NCBI GenBank assembly: GCA_000091165.1
Contig: FP565575.1
Coordinates: 2,460,001 to 2,492,000, forward strand
Length of the DNA: 32,000 bases
DNA from: Candidatus Methylomirabilis oxygeniifera
GTDB lineage: Bacteria > Methylomirabilota > Methylomirabilia > Methylomirabilales > Methylomirabilaceae
Direction of reading: 5' to 3'
This document shows, one piece after another, positions 9,033 to 17,477 of this stretch. Both the position numbers and the translations under genes were made by a program. Numbering within the stretch: position 1 is the stretch's first letter; each line of letters starts with the position of its first letter. A model generated the notes under the pieces. It ran no database searches and was not told the origin of the DNA. It worked only from the letters and a program-made list of their open reading frames with translations.

Positions 9033-9749
9033 ATGCCCCTCGTCAACAATCACTTCCCGGATCCTGTCATCAGGCGAAAATTTCAACAGCGACTCCTGCG
9101 CTGGTATGCGCGTCATCGGCGCGACCTGCCGTGGCGGAAGACCTCCGACCCGTACAAAATTTTGGTATCGGAGGTGATGCTGCAGCAGACCCAGGTCGAT
9201 CGGGTCGTCCCCAAGTATCAGGAGTTCATCCGAAAATATCCCACGCTGCAAGAGTTGGCCGGCGCTTCGGTCAGTGACGTCGAGGCCTCGTGGCGGCCGC
9301 TCGGCTACAATATTCGACCGGTCCGCTTGCACGCCATCGCGCAACAGGCTGTTGACCAACACGGCGGCAAGATCCCGAGCTCATTGGAGGAGCTCCAGGC
9401 ATTCAAGGGGATTGGCCGCTACACTGCCGGCGCAGTGATGAGCTTTGCCTTCCGCAAAGATGCCCCGATCCTCGATACCAACGTGAAAAGGCTGCTGCAG
9501 CGGGTCTTTCTTGGCCCGATAAAAAGTAACGGCTCGAAGTCAGTAAAACATCTCTGGGACCTCTCGACTGTCTTGATCCCCAACGGTAAAGCGTACGACT
9601 TTAACCAGGCCATGATGGACTTCGGCGCGCTCATCTGCACCGCCCGGAAGCCCAACTGCCCAATCTGCCCCATGCGGCCGCTCTGCCGCTCCTATCCACA
9701 AGATAAGGATCACACGCCATGCCCGAAGCCGCGCCGACCGTCGAGGTAG
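9033..9749 (+). CDS. mutY: MutY-type HhH-GPD adenine DNA glycosylase, catalytic domain only, with a 4Fe-4S cluster loop
   Basis: VSEVMLQQTQV (catalytic Glu region), the HhH-GPD segment LQAFKGIGRYTAGAV...ILDTNVKRL, and the Cys ladder CTARKPNCPICPMRPLC. Only 238 aa from the ATG at 9033, so there is no C-terminal MutT-like domain. Confidence 0.75.
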   Translation: MPLVNNHFPDPVIRRKFQQRLLRWYARHRRDLPWRKTSDPYKILVSEVMLQQTQVDRVVPKYQEFIRKYPTLQELAGASVSDVEASWRPLGYNIRPVRLHAIAQQAVDQHGGKIPSSLEELQAFKGIGRYTAGAVMSFAFRKDAPILDTNVKRLLQRVFLGPIKSNGSKSVKHLWDLSTVLIPNGKAYDFNQAMMDFGALICTARKPNCPICPMRPLCRSYPQDKDHTPCPKPRRPSR

Positions 9750-10132
9750 CGGCCGGACTCATCGTCAAAGGCGGGAAGATCCTCATTACCCAACGCCCGG
9801 GCCACGTCCATTTGGGCGGGCTGTGGGAGTTTCCCGGCGGCAAGCGGCAAGTCAACGAAAGCTTCGAGACCTGCTTGAAAAGAGAGGTCATGGAAGAGTT
9901 GGGGCTGACTATTGCGGTTCACGAACAGATCTTCTCCACCGAGCACCACGACGCTGGGCGCCATATCCGGCTCCGTTTTTACCGATGCACCGTCCTGGCC
10001 GGTGAACCCAGCCCCTTCGGGTGCCAAGCCTATCGGTGGATTACCCCGGTCGAGATCAGCGCCTACCCGTTTCCTCCTGCCGACCTGCCGCTGGTGCATC
10101 AGATCGCCTCGGGACGGCATATCATCGTTTAA
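9719..10132 (+). CDS. mutT: Nudix hydrolase, MutT-like (8-oxo-dGTPase type)
   Basis: Complete Nudix box GGKRQVNESFETCLKREVMEELGL (Gx5Ex7REUxEExGU). AAGGA lies upstream. Overlaps the mutY-like gene by 31 nt. Confidence 0.8.
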   Translation: MPEAAPTVEVAAGLIVKGGKILITQRPGHVHLGGLWEFPGGKRQVNESFETCLKREVMEELGLTIAVHEQIFSTEHHDAGRHIRLRFYRCTVLAGEPSPFGCQAYRWITPVEISAYPFPPADLPLVHQIASGRHIIV

Positions 10133-10659
10133 CGCTTCCAGTAACGACTGTACTCGGGAAGGTAGGACAGCGTCTCAAGGCTTTTCATCCGGTCGATAAA
10201 CAGCTTACCCAACAAGTGGTCACGCTCATGTTGAAGTACCCGCGCGTGGAACCCGGTCGCAACAAATTCAAACGACCGGCCCTCCCGATCGAGCGCCTTC
10301 GCCCGCACCTGTTGGTATCGTGGCGTCTGGCCTCGGAAATCGATCAGACTAAGGCACCCCTCCCAGTCGTCCTCTAACTCGGGAGCGAGCGGCGTCACCT
10401 CAAGATTAATTAGAACCGTGAGCGGAATCTCCGGGGCGTCAGGATAGCGCGTGTTTCCCTTCGACTCAATCACGGCGATCTGCTTGGAGACATGAACCTG
10501 TGGTGCGGCGATCCCGACGCCTTCGTATTCCCGCATGGTCTCGATCATATCATCGATGAGGCGCTGGATCTCGGCCTCTCGAATCGTCTCCGGTCTGACG
10601 GGCGGCGCAACCTGACGTAAAACCGGATGCCCCAGACGCGCGACCTTCAAAATCGCCAC
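10129..10659 (-). CDS. def: Peptide deformylase
   Basis: The three Def motifs are present: GIAAPQV, EGCLS, HERDHL. Its stop shares the TTAA palindrome at 10129-10132 with the mutT stop (convergent genes). Confidence 0.9.
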   Translation of the reverse strand: MAILKVARLGHPVLRQVAPPVRPETIREAEIQRLIDDMIETMREYEGVGIAAPQVHVSKQIAVIESKGNTRYPDAPEIPLTVLINLEVTPLAPELEDDWEGCLSLIDFRGQTPRYQQVRAKALDREGRSFEFVATGFHARVLQHERDHLLGKLFIDRMKSLETLSYLPEYSRYWKR

Positions 10660-10675
10660 TCCGCCCCCTCCCTAT

Positions 10676-11218
10676 CTACCACGGAATCTCTTCGATCCCT
10701 GCATCACGATTGACCGCCCTGGCCAAGGTGAAGAGGAGGTCGGAGAGTCGATTGATATAAGCAATGAGGACAGGTGAGAGCGGCTCACCCTGAGACAATG
10801 CGACCATCCGCCGCTCTGCCCGCCGGCAGACAGTCCTGGCCAGATGGAGCAGCGCGCCACCCTCTGAGCCACCAGGCAGGATAAAGGCGCGTAACGGGCT
10901 CAGCACGGTATCGTACCGATCGATGATCCCTTCCAGCTCTCGAACCCTTCCCTCGTGCACGCCCGCCTTCTCGGCCTTCTGTTCCACATGGCCGGTCGGG
11001 TCGGCGAGCTGCGCACCGACCGCAAACAGGTCGCGTTGGATCTGCAGCAGGTCTTTCCTGATCGTCTCGTCCGTCAACTTGGCTCTGATCCAGCCCAGGA
11101 CAGCGCTCAGCTCGTCCACCTCGCCGTACGCCTCGACTCGAAGGGCAGATTTGAACGCTCTCTTCCCTCCGATCAGCCCGGTCTCGCCCTTATCACCCTT
11201 CCGCGTATAGATTTTCAT
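10676..11218 (-). CDS. ATP:cob(I)alamin adenosyltransferase, PduO/MMAB type
   Basis: N-terminus is MKIYTRKGDKGETGL. 180 aa with the helical-bundle sequence typical of the PduO-type family. Confidence 0.85.
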   Translation of the reverse strand: MKIYTRKGDKGETGLIGGKRAFKSALRVEAYGEVDELSAVLGWIRAKLTDETIRKDLLQIQRDLFAVGAQLADPTGHVEQKAEKAGVHEGRVRELEGIIDRYDTVLSPLRAFILPGGSEGGALLHLARTVCRRAERRMVALSQGEPLSPVLIAYINRLSDLLFTLARAVNRDAGIEEIPW

Positions 11219-11220
11219 AA

Positions 11221-11255
11221 GCAGCGTTCAGCTCTCAGCCGTCAGCCCTCAGCCG
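11221..11255. repeat. Heptanucleotide tandem repeat (TCAGCNN x4-5)
   Basis: TCAGC occurs at 11228, 11235, 11242 and 11249 (exact period 7), with a GCAGC variant at 11221. It starts 3 nt upstream of the adenosyltransferase ATG, in its 5' leader. Confidence 0.8.
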
Positions 11256-11379
11256 TAGGTCGGGTGAGCGTAGCGTAACCAGACAACTCGGCCAAATCTT
11301 CCGTCTCTACCTTGGGGGGTAGAGGGTTTTCGTATGTCGTGGTGCGGCCATACCGCATGAGGTGTTCCTCTAAAAAAGC

Positions 11380-11498
11380 CGTTCTTCCGCAATGTCAGCG
11401 CTATTATAGTCTATGCCGCGAATGGGACAAAACGGTTCTTATGCGGTGTCCTGTACCGTTCTGAGGGAAAACACGGATAGGCCAGATGGGAATGTGGG
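11380..11498 (-). promoter_or_regulatory. Repeated promoter-like module, copy A
   Basis: Minus strand reads TTGTCC-16 nt-TATAAT (-10 at 11403-11408, -35 at 11425-11430). The 51-nt core 11400-11450 matches 19434-19484 at 39/51, with two near-perfect blocks. Weaker similarity continues to about 11498. Confidence 0.5.
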
Positions 11499-11532
11499 CG
11501 CATGAATGCCCGGTGAGGAAAGATAATGGGGC

Positions 11533-12018
11533 TTAGGCGGCTCTGCCGGGTCGCGCCCTGGTCGCTCGTACGACCAGATCGACGTCACAGTCTAGGACAT
11601 GAAGGAGGGACAGCAGTTGGTCTATGGACTTTCGATAGTTGGTTTGATCCAGGAGGCGGTACAACTGCGCGGCAGATGTCCCCAGCCGACGGATGATCTC
11701 CCGTTTCGAAAGGGGGCTGGCCTGAACCCGCTGTTGGGCCTCGATGGTGAGCTTGTACAGGAGCGCGTCCCGCAAGTAGCCAGGGTCCTGGTTGTATTCC
11801 AGTACCTGCTCGAGGTGCACCGTCCCCTCCAGCCCAGACATGAGAATATAGGTAAACCCTTCCTGGTTCAGTTCCGGATCTACGAAAACCCGTTCAAGGG
11901 GATCCTGGACCGTAGGCTGGGGTTCGAGTTTGGCGTAGGGGAAGACCAACGTCCCAGTCGAGGTTGTGACCTCAAACACTTTCTTGCGGTTATTGCCGGC
12001 CACTGCTCGGATCTTCAT
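11533..12018 (-). CDS. Hypothetical protein with a C-terminal HTH-like segment
   Basis: 161-aa ORF. The C-terminal SKREIIRRLGTSAAQLYRLLD looks like a helix-turn-helix. The N-terminal half loosely resembles DUF2442-type small domains. No firm family call. Confidence 0.5.
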   Translation of the reverse strand: MKIRAVAGNNRKKVFEVTTSTGTLVFPYAKLEPQPTVQDPLERVFVDPELNQEGFTYILMSGLEGTVHLEQVLEYNQDPGYLRDALLYKLTIEAQQRVQASPLSKREIIRRLGTSAAQLYRLLDQTNYRKSIDQLLSLLHVLDCDVDLVVRATRARPGRAA

Positions 12019-12222
12019 AGCCGTCCCTCAGACTCAAGTTCTCCAATGAACTTGCATCTTCCTAGAATCCTTGCGGTCTCGCCAGACCTTTCTTGTCCTA
12101 ATAATCGCCAACTTCAAGGCCTCCGGCACTATGCCAGCGAATCGCAGCGACGCTGATTGGCGTCACTGCAAGCTGATGTCGGACCCCCAATGTGTCTCAG
12201 GCAGGAGTATTTTACTGCCGTA

Positions 12223-13287
12223 CTATCGATGCTTCCGCCCCCCTTTTTTCAGTGTCGCCTCAATTCCGGCTCGCACCAAATCTGCAACACTTCGCGAGAG
12301 TTCCTTGGTAACCGATGTCCAAGGCGCCTGAGCATCGTCCCGTATGTTAGCGAAGGCGTTCGGCTGCGACTGGTTCCAATTGAATGCCTTTTCCAACTCC
12401 TCGATGTTTAATAGACCGTCGTTGAGGTGTACGAACAGCCGCCCTTGTCTCAGCGCATGCCGGCGCTCCATGAGGCGCTCGGATTGATCTAACATTGCGC
12501 GGCCATATCGCCAGAGAAATACTGCTAGCAGAACGATCATGCCGTATGCCGAAAACGACTTACTGAATCGAAGAAACCCCTCCCAATGGTAGTTAGCCTC
12601 TCCCATTGGGATCTTGTCTTCCACAGGCACCAAACCGAATATGTTACCGTGATGGTAGACTACTATTGGTATTGGATTCGCGCCTGGGAGAGATTCCCAA
12701 CCGAGCAGATGAGCTAGCGCTAGACCGGCGCCCAACGCGACAATGAAAATCGCTAATCGGCTCGCCCGGTAACCATTTCTTTGATGCCTGGCAGAGTGCT
12801 CCTCCAGATACGCAATCGCCTTTTCAACGAAAAGGTCTGTGACGGCTAGATGATATGCTCTCAGTGCTGGATTCAGGACACGTGGTCCCTGATCCTTACG
12901 GGCTGGTGCGGGGGTTCCGGCTGCTAAAGTTATAGGTTCTGATTGGTGCGGTTGCTTCTCATTACTAAGCGACTCGTGCGCTCCATACTCAAGCGCCTCT
13001 GCTTCAGCTCGTTTGAGTTGAACGTGTCTGAGCCTCAAACGTCTGTAGGTTTTGCGCGCTATCTCCTCGTGATGATCGGTTTGGCCTCGCGTCAACGTGC
13101 TTATAAAGCGTTTGAGCCTTAAAAGGAAATGTCTCGCTATCTCCTTGGGGGGATCAATTTGGTTACCCGCTTCTGCGCTTTGAATGAAATCGTTGGTGAT
13201 AGTTTCGATTAGTTTAGAGTATGCCTGATCAACTGTCTCTTTAGATGTCTGTTGTGCTGCTTTCGGTTCGTTAGCATTGTCGTTCAT
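12223..13287 (-). CDS. Hypothetical 2-TM membrane protein
   Basis: 354 aa, with GGAG 9 nt upstream of the ATG. Two hydrophobic helices (LAIFIVALGAGLALAHLLGW, YGMIVLLAVFLWRYG) separate a ~170-aa helical N-domain from a ~95-aa C-domain. No recognisable motif. Lies in the lower-G+C island. Confidence 0.55.
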   Translation of the reverse strand: MNDNANEPKAAQQTSKETVDQAYSKLIETITNDFIQSAEAGNQIDPPKEIARHFLLRLKRFISTLTRGQTDHHEEIARKTYRRLRLRHVQLKRAEAEALEYGAHESLSNEKQPHQSEPITLAAGTPAPARKDQGPRVLNPALRAYHLAVTDLFVEKAIAYLEEHSARHQRNGYRASRLAIFIVALGAGLALAHLLGWESLPGANPIPIVVYHHGNIFGLVPVEDKIPMGEANYHWEGFLRFSKSFSAYGMIVLLAVFLWRYGRAMLDQSERLMERRHALRQGRLFVHLNDGLLNIEELEKAFNWNQSQPNAFANIRDDAQAPWTSVTKELSRSVADLVRAGIEATLKKGGRKHR

Positions 13288-13668
13288 TGGCGGTTTCTCC
13301 AGGCTCGCCTTCCATTTGTATCTCTTGACGCCAGAAGGGTTCTATTGTGTTATCAGTATCATTTCCGCCTCACACACTGCAAGAATATTGGTGCTCCTTC
13401 CTGACATGGGGACAATCCCTCGCCTCCGGCAAAGCAAGGGGGTCGGCGACATGTGGTCGCTACAGGTAGAATGAACTACCCCGCGGACAGACCGATGGGC
13501 AAGAACACCTGGACGACCTCTGTTTGGGAAAACTAATCCTCGACCCACTGTTTACGCTTCGATGCCCAGACAGCTTGGGGAACGCTTGCACCTTACCCCT
13601 GGTTCTCCGAACGCGTTTAGAGAGGCGATGAAATCATCATAATCAGGCATGGCTACTCTACTCGATCA

Positions 13669-13980
13669 TCAGTTTGCTGCGCTCGCTGCATCATCGATAG
13701 TTGACTCGACGTCGTTGGCTGCACTTTCAATATCATCGACGGCGGCCCGTACATGGGAGACGGCAATTCTCCAATCCGCATGGTCGAATTCATCGACTGC
13801 GGACGTCAGATCATCAACCGCACCTTTTAATGTTTCCACCTCTGACTGAGCGTCACCAAGTTTTGAGCGGACGTCTTCAAGCTGGGCCTCGAGTTCGGTA
13901 GCATGGTCGTTGTCACACCCTATAAGGGGCAGCGATAAAGCGAGTATTGCAACAAGAGATGGGAACGATGGCAGCTTCAC
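13669..13980 (-). CDS. Small acidic coiled-coil lipoprotein (putative)
   Basis: GTG start. Signal peptide with lipobox LPLIGC. The rest is Asp/Glu/Ala-rich heptad-like sequence. No clear SD. Confidence 0.45.
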   Translation of the reverse strand: MKLPSFPSLVAILALSLPLIGCDNDHATELEAQLEDVRSKLGDAQSEVETLKGAVDDLTSAVDEFDHADWRIAVSHVRAAVDDIESAANDVESTIDDAASAAN

Positions 13981-14290
13981 TTAGTAGTCCCAATCAAGAT
14001 AGGAAGGGGTCTCGCGACCCCTCTCCTCTCACACCACCGTACATACGGATCACGTACACGGCGGTTCCGCGAACCAACAGTCGAGAATTCCGCATGATGT
14101 GCAATGATCCCCCTGAATCCCTGTTGCCATATGTGGGCGCCGGCCAAGTTGTTGCCCCCATGGCGCGGCCTATCGGAATCAGCTATGCGCCTCACCTCGT
14201 TGTAGATCGCAAAGTGCGAAGTCCGCGAGAAGTTACGCGGCGTTGGCCGCCGCAAAGGGTAGTTCGAATCCGATCCCAGTGTTCCAGTTG

Positions 14291-15127
14291 TTATCGTAGC
14301 GGTCCACGTGGTTGTTCGTCATTCGGAAATGGATAGGTCGTTATCAGCAGTTCCGTTGTCTGGCATCGGTGCGAGGCTTCTGCGGCAAGCATACTAGATC
14401 GGTTGATACGATGATGAATACCAAATTCACGATATAATTCGCGGACGCTGTGGTGATCGGCATTGGAGAGCATGATCTTCGCACCTCGACTCGCCGCTCT
14501 CTTGATCGCAGAGGCGAGCCGCAACTGATCAGACCACAAGAACAACCTGTCGTTATACTTTATGAAATTATTGTTGTTATGCATAACGGTGTAGGGCGGG
14601 TCAACAAATACGAAGTCGTCCTTGCCAGCCCTGTTGATGGTGTCCTCAAAGTCTGCGGCCTGCAGCGATGCCTTACTCAAGCAGCCTGAGAGGGTTTGTA
14701 GGTATCCTTCGGGATATTCGACCAGAGTCTTGGAACCTATTGGGACATTGAAGTCGCCATTACGATTGACTCGGTAGATCCCATTAAAGCACGTCCGATT
14801 TAGATAAATGAAACGCACTGCCCGCTCCAGCGCGTTTTTTGGAAGTGTTGCGCGAATACGATAATATAACTCCTTGCTGTGTTGTTTTTGGAGCAAGTGT
14901 AGCCGTCTGTCGACCAATGCTGGATACTGTTGTAGGCACTCATATGCATTTATGAGATCAGGGTTGGTATCGGACAGAACGGCGCTGGTAGGTAAGAGAT
15001 AAAAGAACACCGCCCCTCCGCCCAGGAACGGTTCAATATAGCGGCGATAGGACGAGGGGAACATGGTGGCATGCTGTTGGACAAGCCATCTTTTGCCGCC
15101 TGGCCATTTAAGGAACGGCTCAGGCAT
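14291..15127 (-). CDS. Dam-family (D12 class, alpha group) N6-adenine DNA methyltransferase
   Basis: KWPGGKRWL N-terminal motif, AdoMet motif PFLGGGAVFF, catalytic DPPY (VFVDPPYTV). ATG at 15127 is preceded by GGAGGA and overlaps the stop of the upstream 785-aa ORF (ATGCCTGA). Confidence 0.85.
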   Translation of the reverse strand: MPEPFLKWPGGKRWLVQQHATMFPSSYRRYIEPFLGGGAVFFYLLPTSAVLSDTNPDLINAYECLQQYPALVDRRLHLLQKQHSKELYYRIRATLPKNALERAVRFIYLNRTCFNGIYRVNRNGDFNVPIGSKTLVEYPEGYLQTLSGCLSKASLQAADFEDTINRAGKDDFVFVDPPYTVMHNNNNFIKYNDRLFLWSDQLRLASAIKRAASRGAKIMLSNADHHSVRELYREFGIHHRINRSSMLAAEASHRCQTTELLITTYPFPNDEQPRGPLR

Positions 15128-17477
15128 CTTCGTCCTCCGCATCAGGGTTGGCTTCAAGAACGGGATTCTCTTGCGCTTCTTTCAGACGCGTCATCAGCTC
15201 ATCGTAAATGAAGTCTATGTACTCAAAATCCTCGACCTTGTAGTGCCGCTCTCTCGCAGGATGTGCCGGTATTCTCCGCAGTTCGTTAATCCGATTCATC
15301 CACTTGAGGTTCTTCGCAAGTCCCTTCTCACCAGGTTCTGGAATGTTGAATACCGTCTTGAAGAGAGGCCAGTTCTGGCGATTTTCCACGATCTTTTTCA
15401 TCTCAACGACTTCCAGATAGGTTTCCAGTGGAAGTCGTTCTTCGACTTCGTAGTCGAGCGAACGCTTGTATGCATCAGCCTTCAGCGCTTTATCTGGTAC
15501 TCCCTTGTCCCAGTAGGCCCCCTTATCTTCGCCATGAATAGCCCGGAAAACGTCAAAGATGAACTTCCGCATCTCGGATACGGTATCCTTGAGCTTGCTA
15601 TCTGCCTCCTGAATTCGCTCTTCTGACTGCTCCTCTTCCCACTGTTGCAAGCCCTCAGGCTGGAAGTCGGAATATTTCGTTTTGATCATTCTGCAGAGAC
15701 GGTAGTAATACTCCGGTGGTCCACCTGAGCCGAAAGGAACTTGAAAGGCTGCCTTAATCTGAGATGGTGTGCTTGATTCGAGGAAGTCCTCGATCGATTT
15801 CATGTATTCTTCGATTCCTATCATCACATCCTCGACCGTCATCTCGCGAGCATCAGCGGCCGTATTCGCTTCCCAGTACTTGACCAGCGCCCCCATGAGC
15901 ATGATGTATGCCTGGACGGCGACATTCGTGCAAAGATAACCATCCCGACCGTTTTCCCACTCGGATAGGTTTGCATTCCGAATAAATCCGAAATATTGGT
16001 TGATCGCTGAACGTGCCCGATCTAATGTCTCGGAGTCAGTGCAGCCGCAAAGAGCGCCCAGTTCGTAATTGCTATTGTTTAGAAGTGCTCGGCCAAGAAG
16101 TCCGGAACGTCGCAAAGCCTCCTTCAAAGCGGGGATTGTTAGGCAGGTCTTGTTTGTTGAAGGCATCCCTTGTTGAGTAATCCGATTGTAGAACGGTTCC
16201 CCAAGGTCCGCGTTCAAGCAGTTGATGAGGCGTGCGCTAATTGCGCCAATACGTTCGCTTGGGATCGAAGAACCCCATTTGAGCTCACCCTCGAGATCAT
16301 CGAGCAAATGTTTAGGTACGGATTTCTGCTCGTGATTGATTGTAACGAAGAGGTTGGCCTCCTCTGCCTTTGGTAGCATTTCGAATGCTACAACAATTAC
16401 ATTCTGATCAAGGTATTTGTCGTGAATAGGAGAAAACCCATATAGACGGTGCTGACCGTCGATGATCCACGCTGACCTGTATCGATCTGGTAAGTAGAGA
16501 TTTCCGAAGGTGACATTAGCGACTTCATTCTGCGTGACTTTATCAAAACGGACAGCGCGCGTGAAGTTGATGATCAGGTTATTTGGAAAGTAGCCGCCAG
16601 TTTTGATGAACTCTCCGATGTCACGCAGCCTGGAGCGGCTTACAAGGCGTTGATAGGTCGGCGCCCCTTCTGGGTCATTGAGCGATCGATGGTTGACAAA
16701 AGATATTTTCAGCAGGTGCCGCGGAGTCGTGATAAAGCAATAAAAGGGTTTACCTCCGAGCTTACCCTTGATTGCCGGGACAACCTTCCCGCTGAGTTCA
16801 GGGATTTGCTGGTCCTTCAGGAATTCAGCAAGAAACTGGTAACGGGCTGCTTTACCGAGATGATCGGCAATCTGCACGTAGTATCGGAGCTCTCGCTCCG
16901 TTATGATGCGAATGTTTTGACCAAGTGCCCGCTGTTTGTCTGGAGCTGACCAGATAATGTTTTCGGTGACAAGTAGCCAGATGATCTTCAACTTGACATC
17001 TGAACCATAGTGCTTGCGCACCGCGTTCGATATGGATCCTTTGAGATTGGCAAACTCCTCAATGTCCTTCTGCAGACTGCGCCGCGTCAGCTTCTCCGAT
17101 GCCTTGCATTCGGCAACGATAATCGTTTCATCATCTTTGCCGAAGACATCAATCTGCTTACGCAAGGGCTCCGCCCCTTTTCGCTCTATAAGTACCGAAA
17201 AGTTCCGCCCATCACTTATCTCGGGGTAGCCCAGTTTACACAGAAGCATCCATAATCTGTTTTCCAGCCTTTCGTCGATCTCCTTCTCGCGCCTGACTTT
17301 AGTGAGACGCTTGAGCTTCCGGTCAACCTGCCACCCCTTGGCCTCGTGATCGGGAATAGTGTCGGCGGATACAGATTTTTCGTCGAACAACTTTCGCCTG
17401 CGAACAGCTTCTCTACGGATACGCGAGGGATCGGTTAATAGCGGTCCAAGATAACATTCTGTAGCAGAATTGTTCAT
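15120..17477 (-). CDS. Three-module protein: Mrr-like PD-(D/E)xK nuclease + DGQHR (DndB/ParB-like) domain + C-terminal HEPN-like domain
   Basis: 785 aa. E72...D110 (QIDVFG)...E123-C-K125 (IVAECK; nt 17103-17111). DGQHR at residues 340-344 (nt 16446-16460), preceded by YQRLVS...FPNNLIINF and followed by LFVTINHEQKSV. INELRRIPAHP gives R734-x4-H739 (nt 15261-15278). Confidence 0.85.
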   Translation of the reverse strand: MNNSATECYLGPLLTDPSRIRREAVRRRKLFDEKSVSADTIPDHEAKGWQVDRKLKRLTKVRREKEIDERLENRLWMLLCKLGYPEISDGRNFSVLIERKGAEPLRKQIDVFGKDDETIIVAECKASEKLTRRSLQKDIEEFANLKGSISNAVRKHYGSDVKLKIIWLLVTENIIWSAPDKQRALGQNIRIITERELRYYVQIADHLGKAARYQFLAEFLKDQQIPELSGKVVPAIKGKLGGKPFYCFITTPRHLLKISFVNHRSLNDPEGAPTYQRLVSRSRLRDIGEFIKTGGYFPNNLIINFTRAVRFDKVTQNEVANVTFGNLYLPDRYRSAWIIDGQHRLYGFSPIHDKYLDQNVIVVAFEMLPKAEEANLFVTINHEQKSVPKHLLDDLEGELKWGSSIPSERIGAISARLINCLNADLGEPFYNRITQQGMPSTNKTCLTIPALKEALRRSGLLGRALLNNSNYELGALCGCTDSETLDRARSAINQYFGFIRNANLSEWENGRDGYLCTNVAVQAYIMLMGALVKYWEANTAADAREMTVEDVMIGIEEYMKSIEDFLESSTPSQIKAAFQVPFGSGGPPEYYYRLCRMIKTKYSDFQPEGLQQWEEEQSEERIQEADSKLKDTVSEMRKFIFDVFRAIHGEDKGAYWDKGVPDKALKADAYKRSLDYEVEERLPLETYLEVVEMKKIVENRQNWPLFKTVFNIPEPGEKGLAKNLKWMNRINELRRIPAHPARERHYKVEDFEYIDFIYDELMTRLKEAQENPVLEANPDAEDEDA

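Noticed and set aside
11300-11335. Hairpin CTCTACC-TTGGGG-GGTAGAG followed by GGTTTTCG, considered as a terminator.
   Set aside because: No plus-strand gene ends nearby, and on the minus strand it is not followed by a U-tract and lies ~200 nt past the 11533 stop. The function is undetermined, so it is not annotated.
14259-14283. GTTCGAATCC-like string resembling a tRNA T-loop (also TTCGAGTCC at 17920-17928), which might mark a tRNA gene or tRNA-derived att site.
   Set aside because: Flanking bases cannot form a T-stem, acceptor stem or anticodon arm on either strand. No cloverleaf can be drawn.
15120-17477. Calling the DGQHR protein DndB and the locus a phosphorothioation (Dnd) system.
   Set aside because: No dndA/C/D/E, dndFGH, ssp or dpd genes are present in the window. 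The protein is about twice DndB size, with extra nuclease and HEPN modules, and its coupled partner is an adenine methyltransferase.
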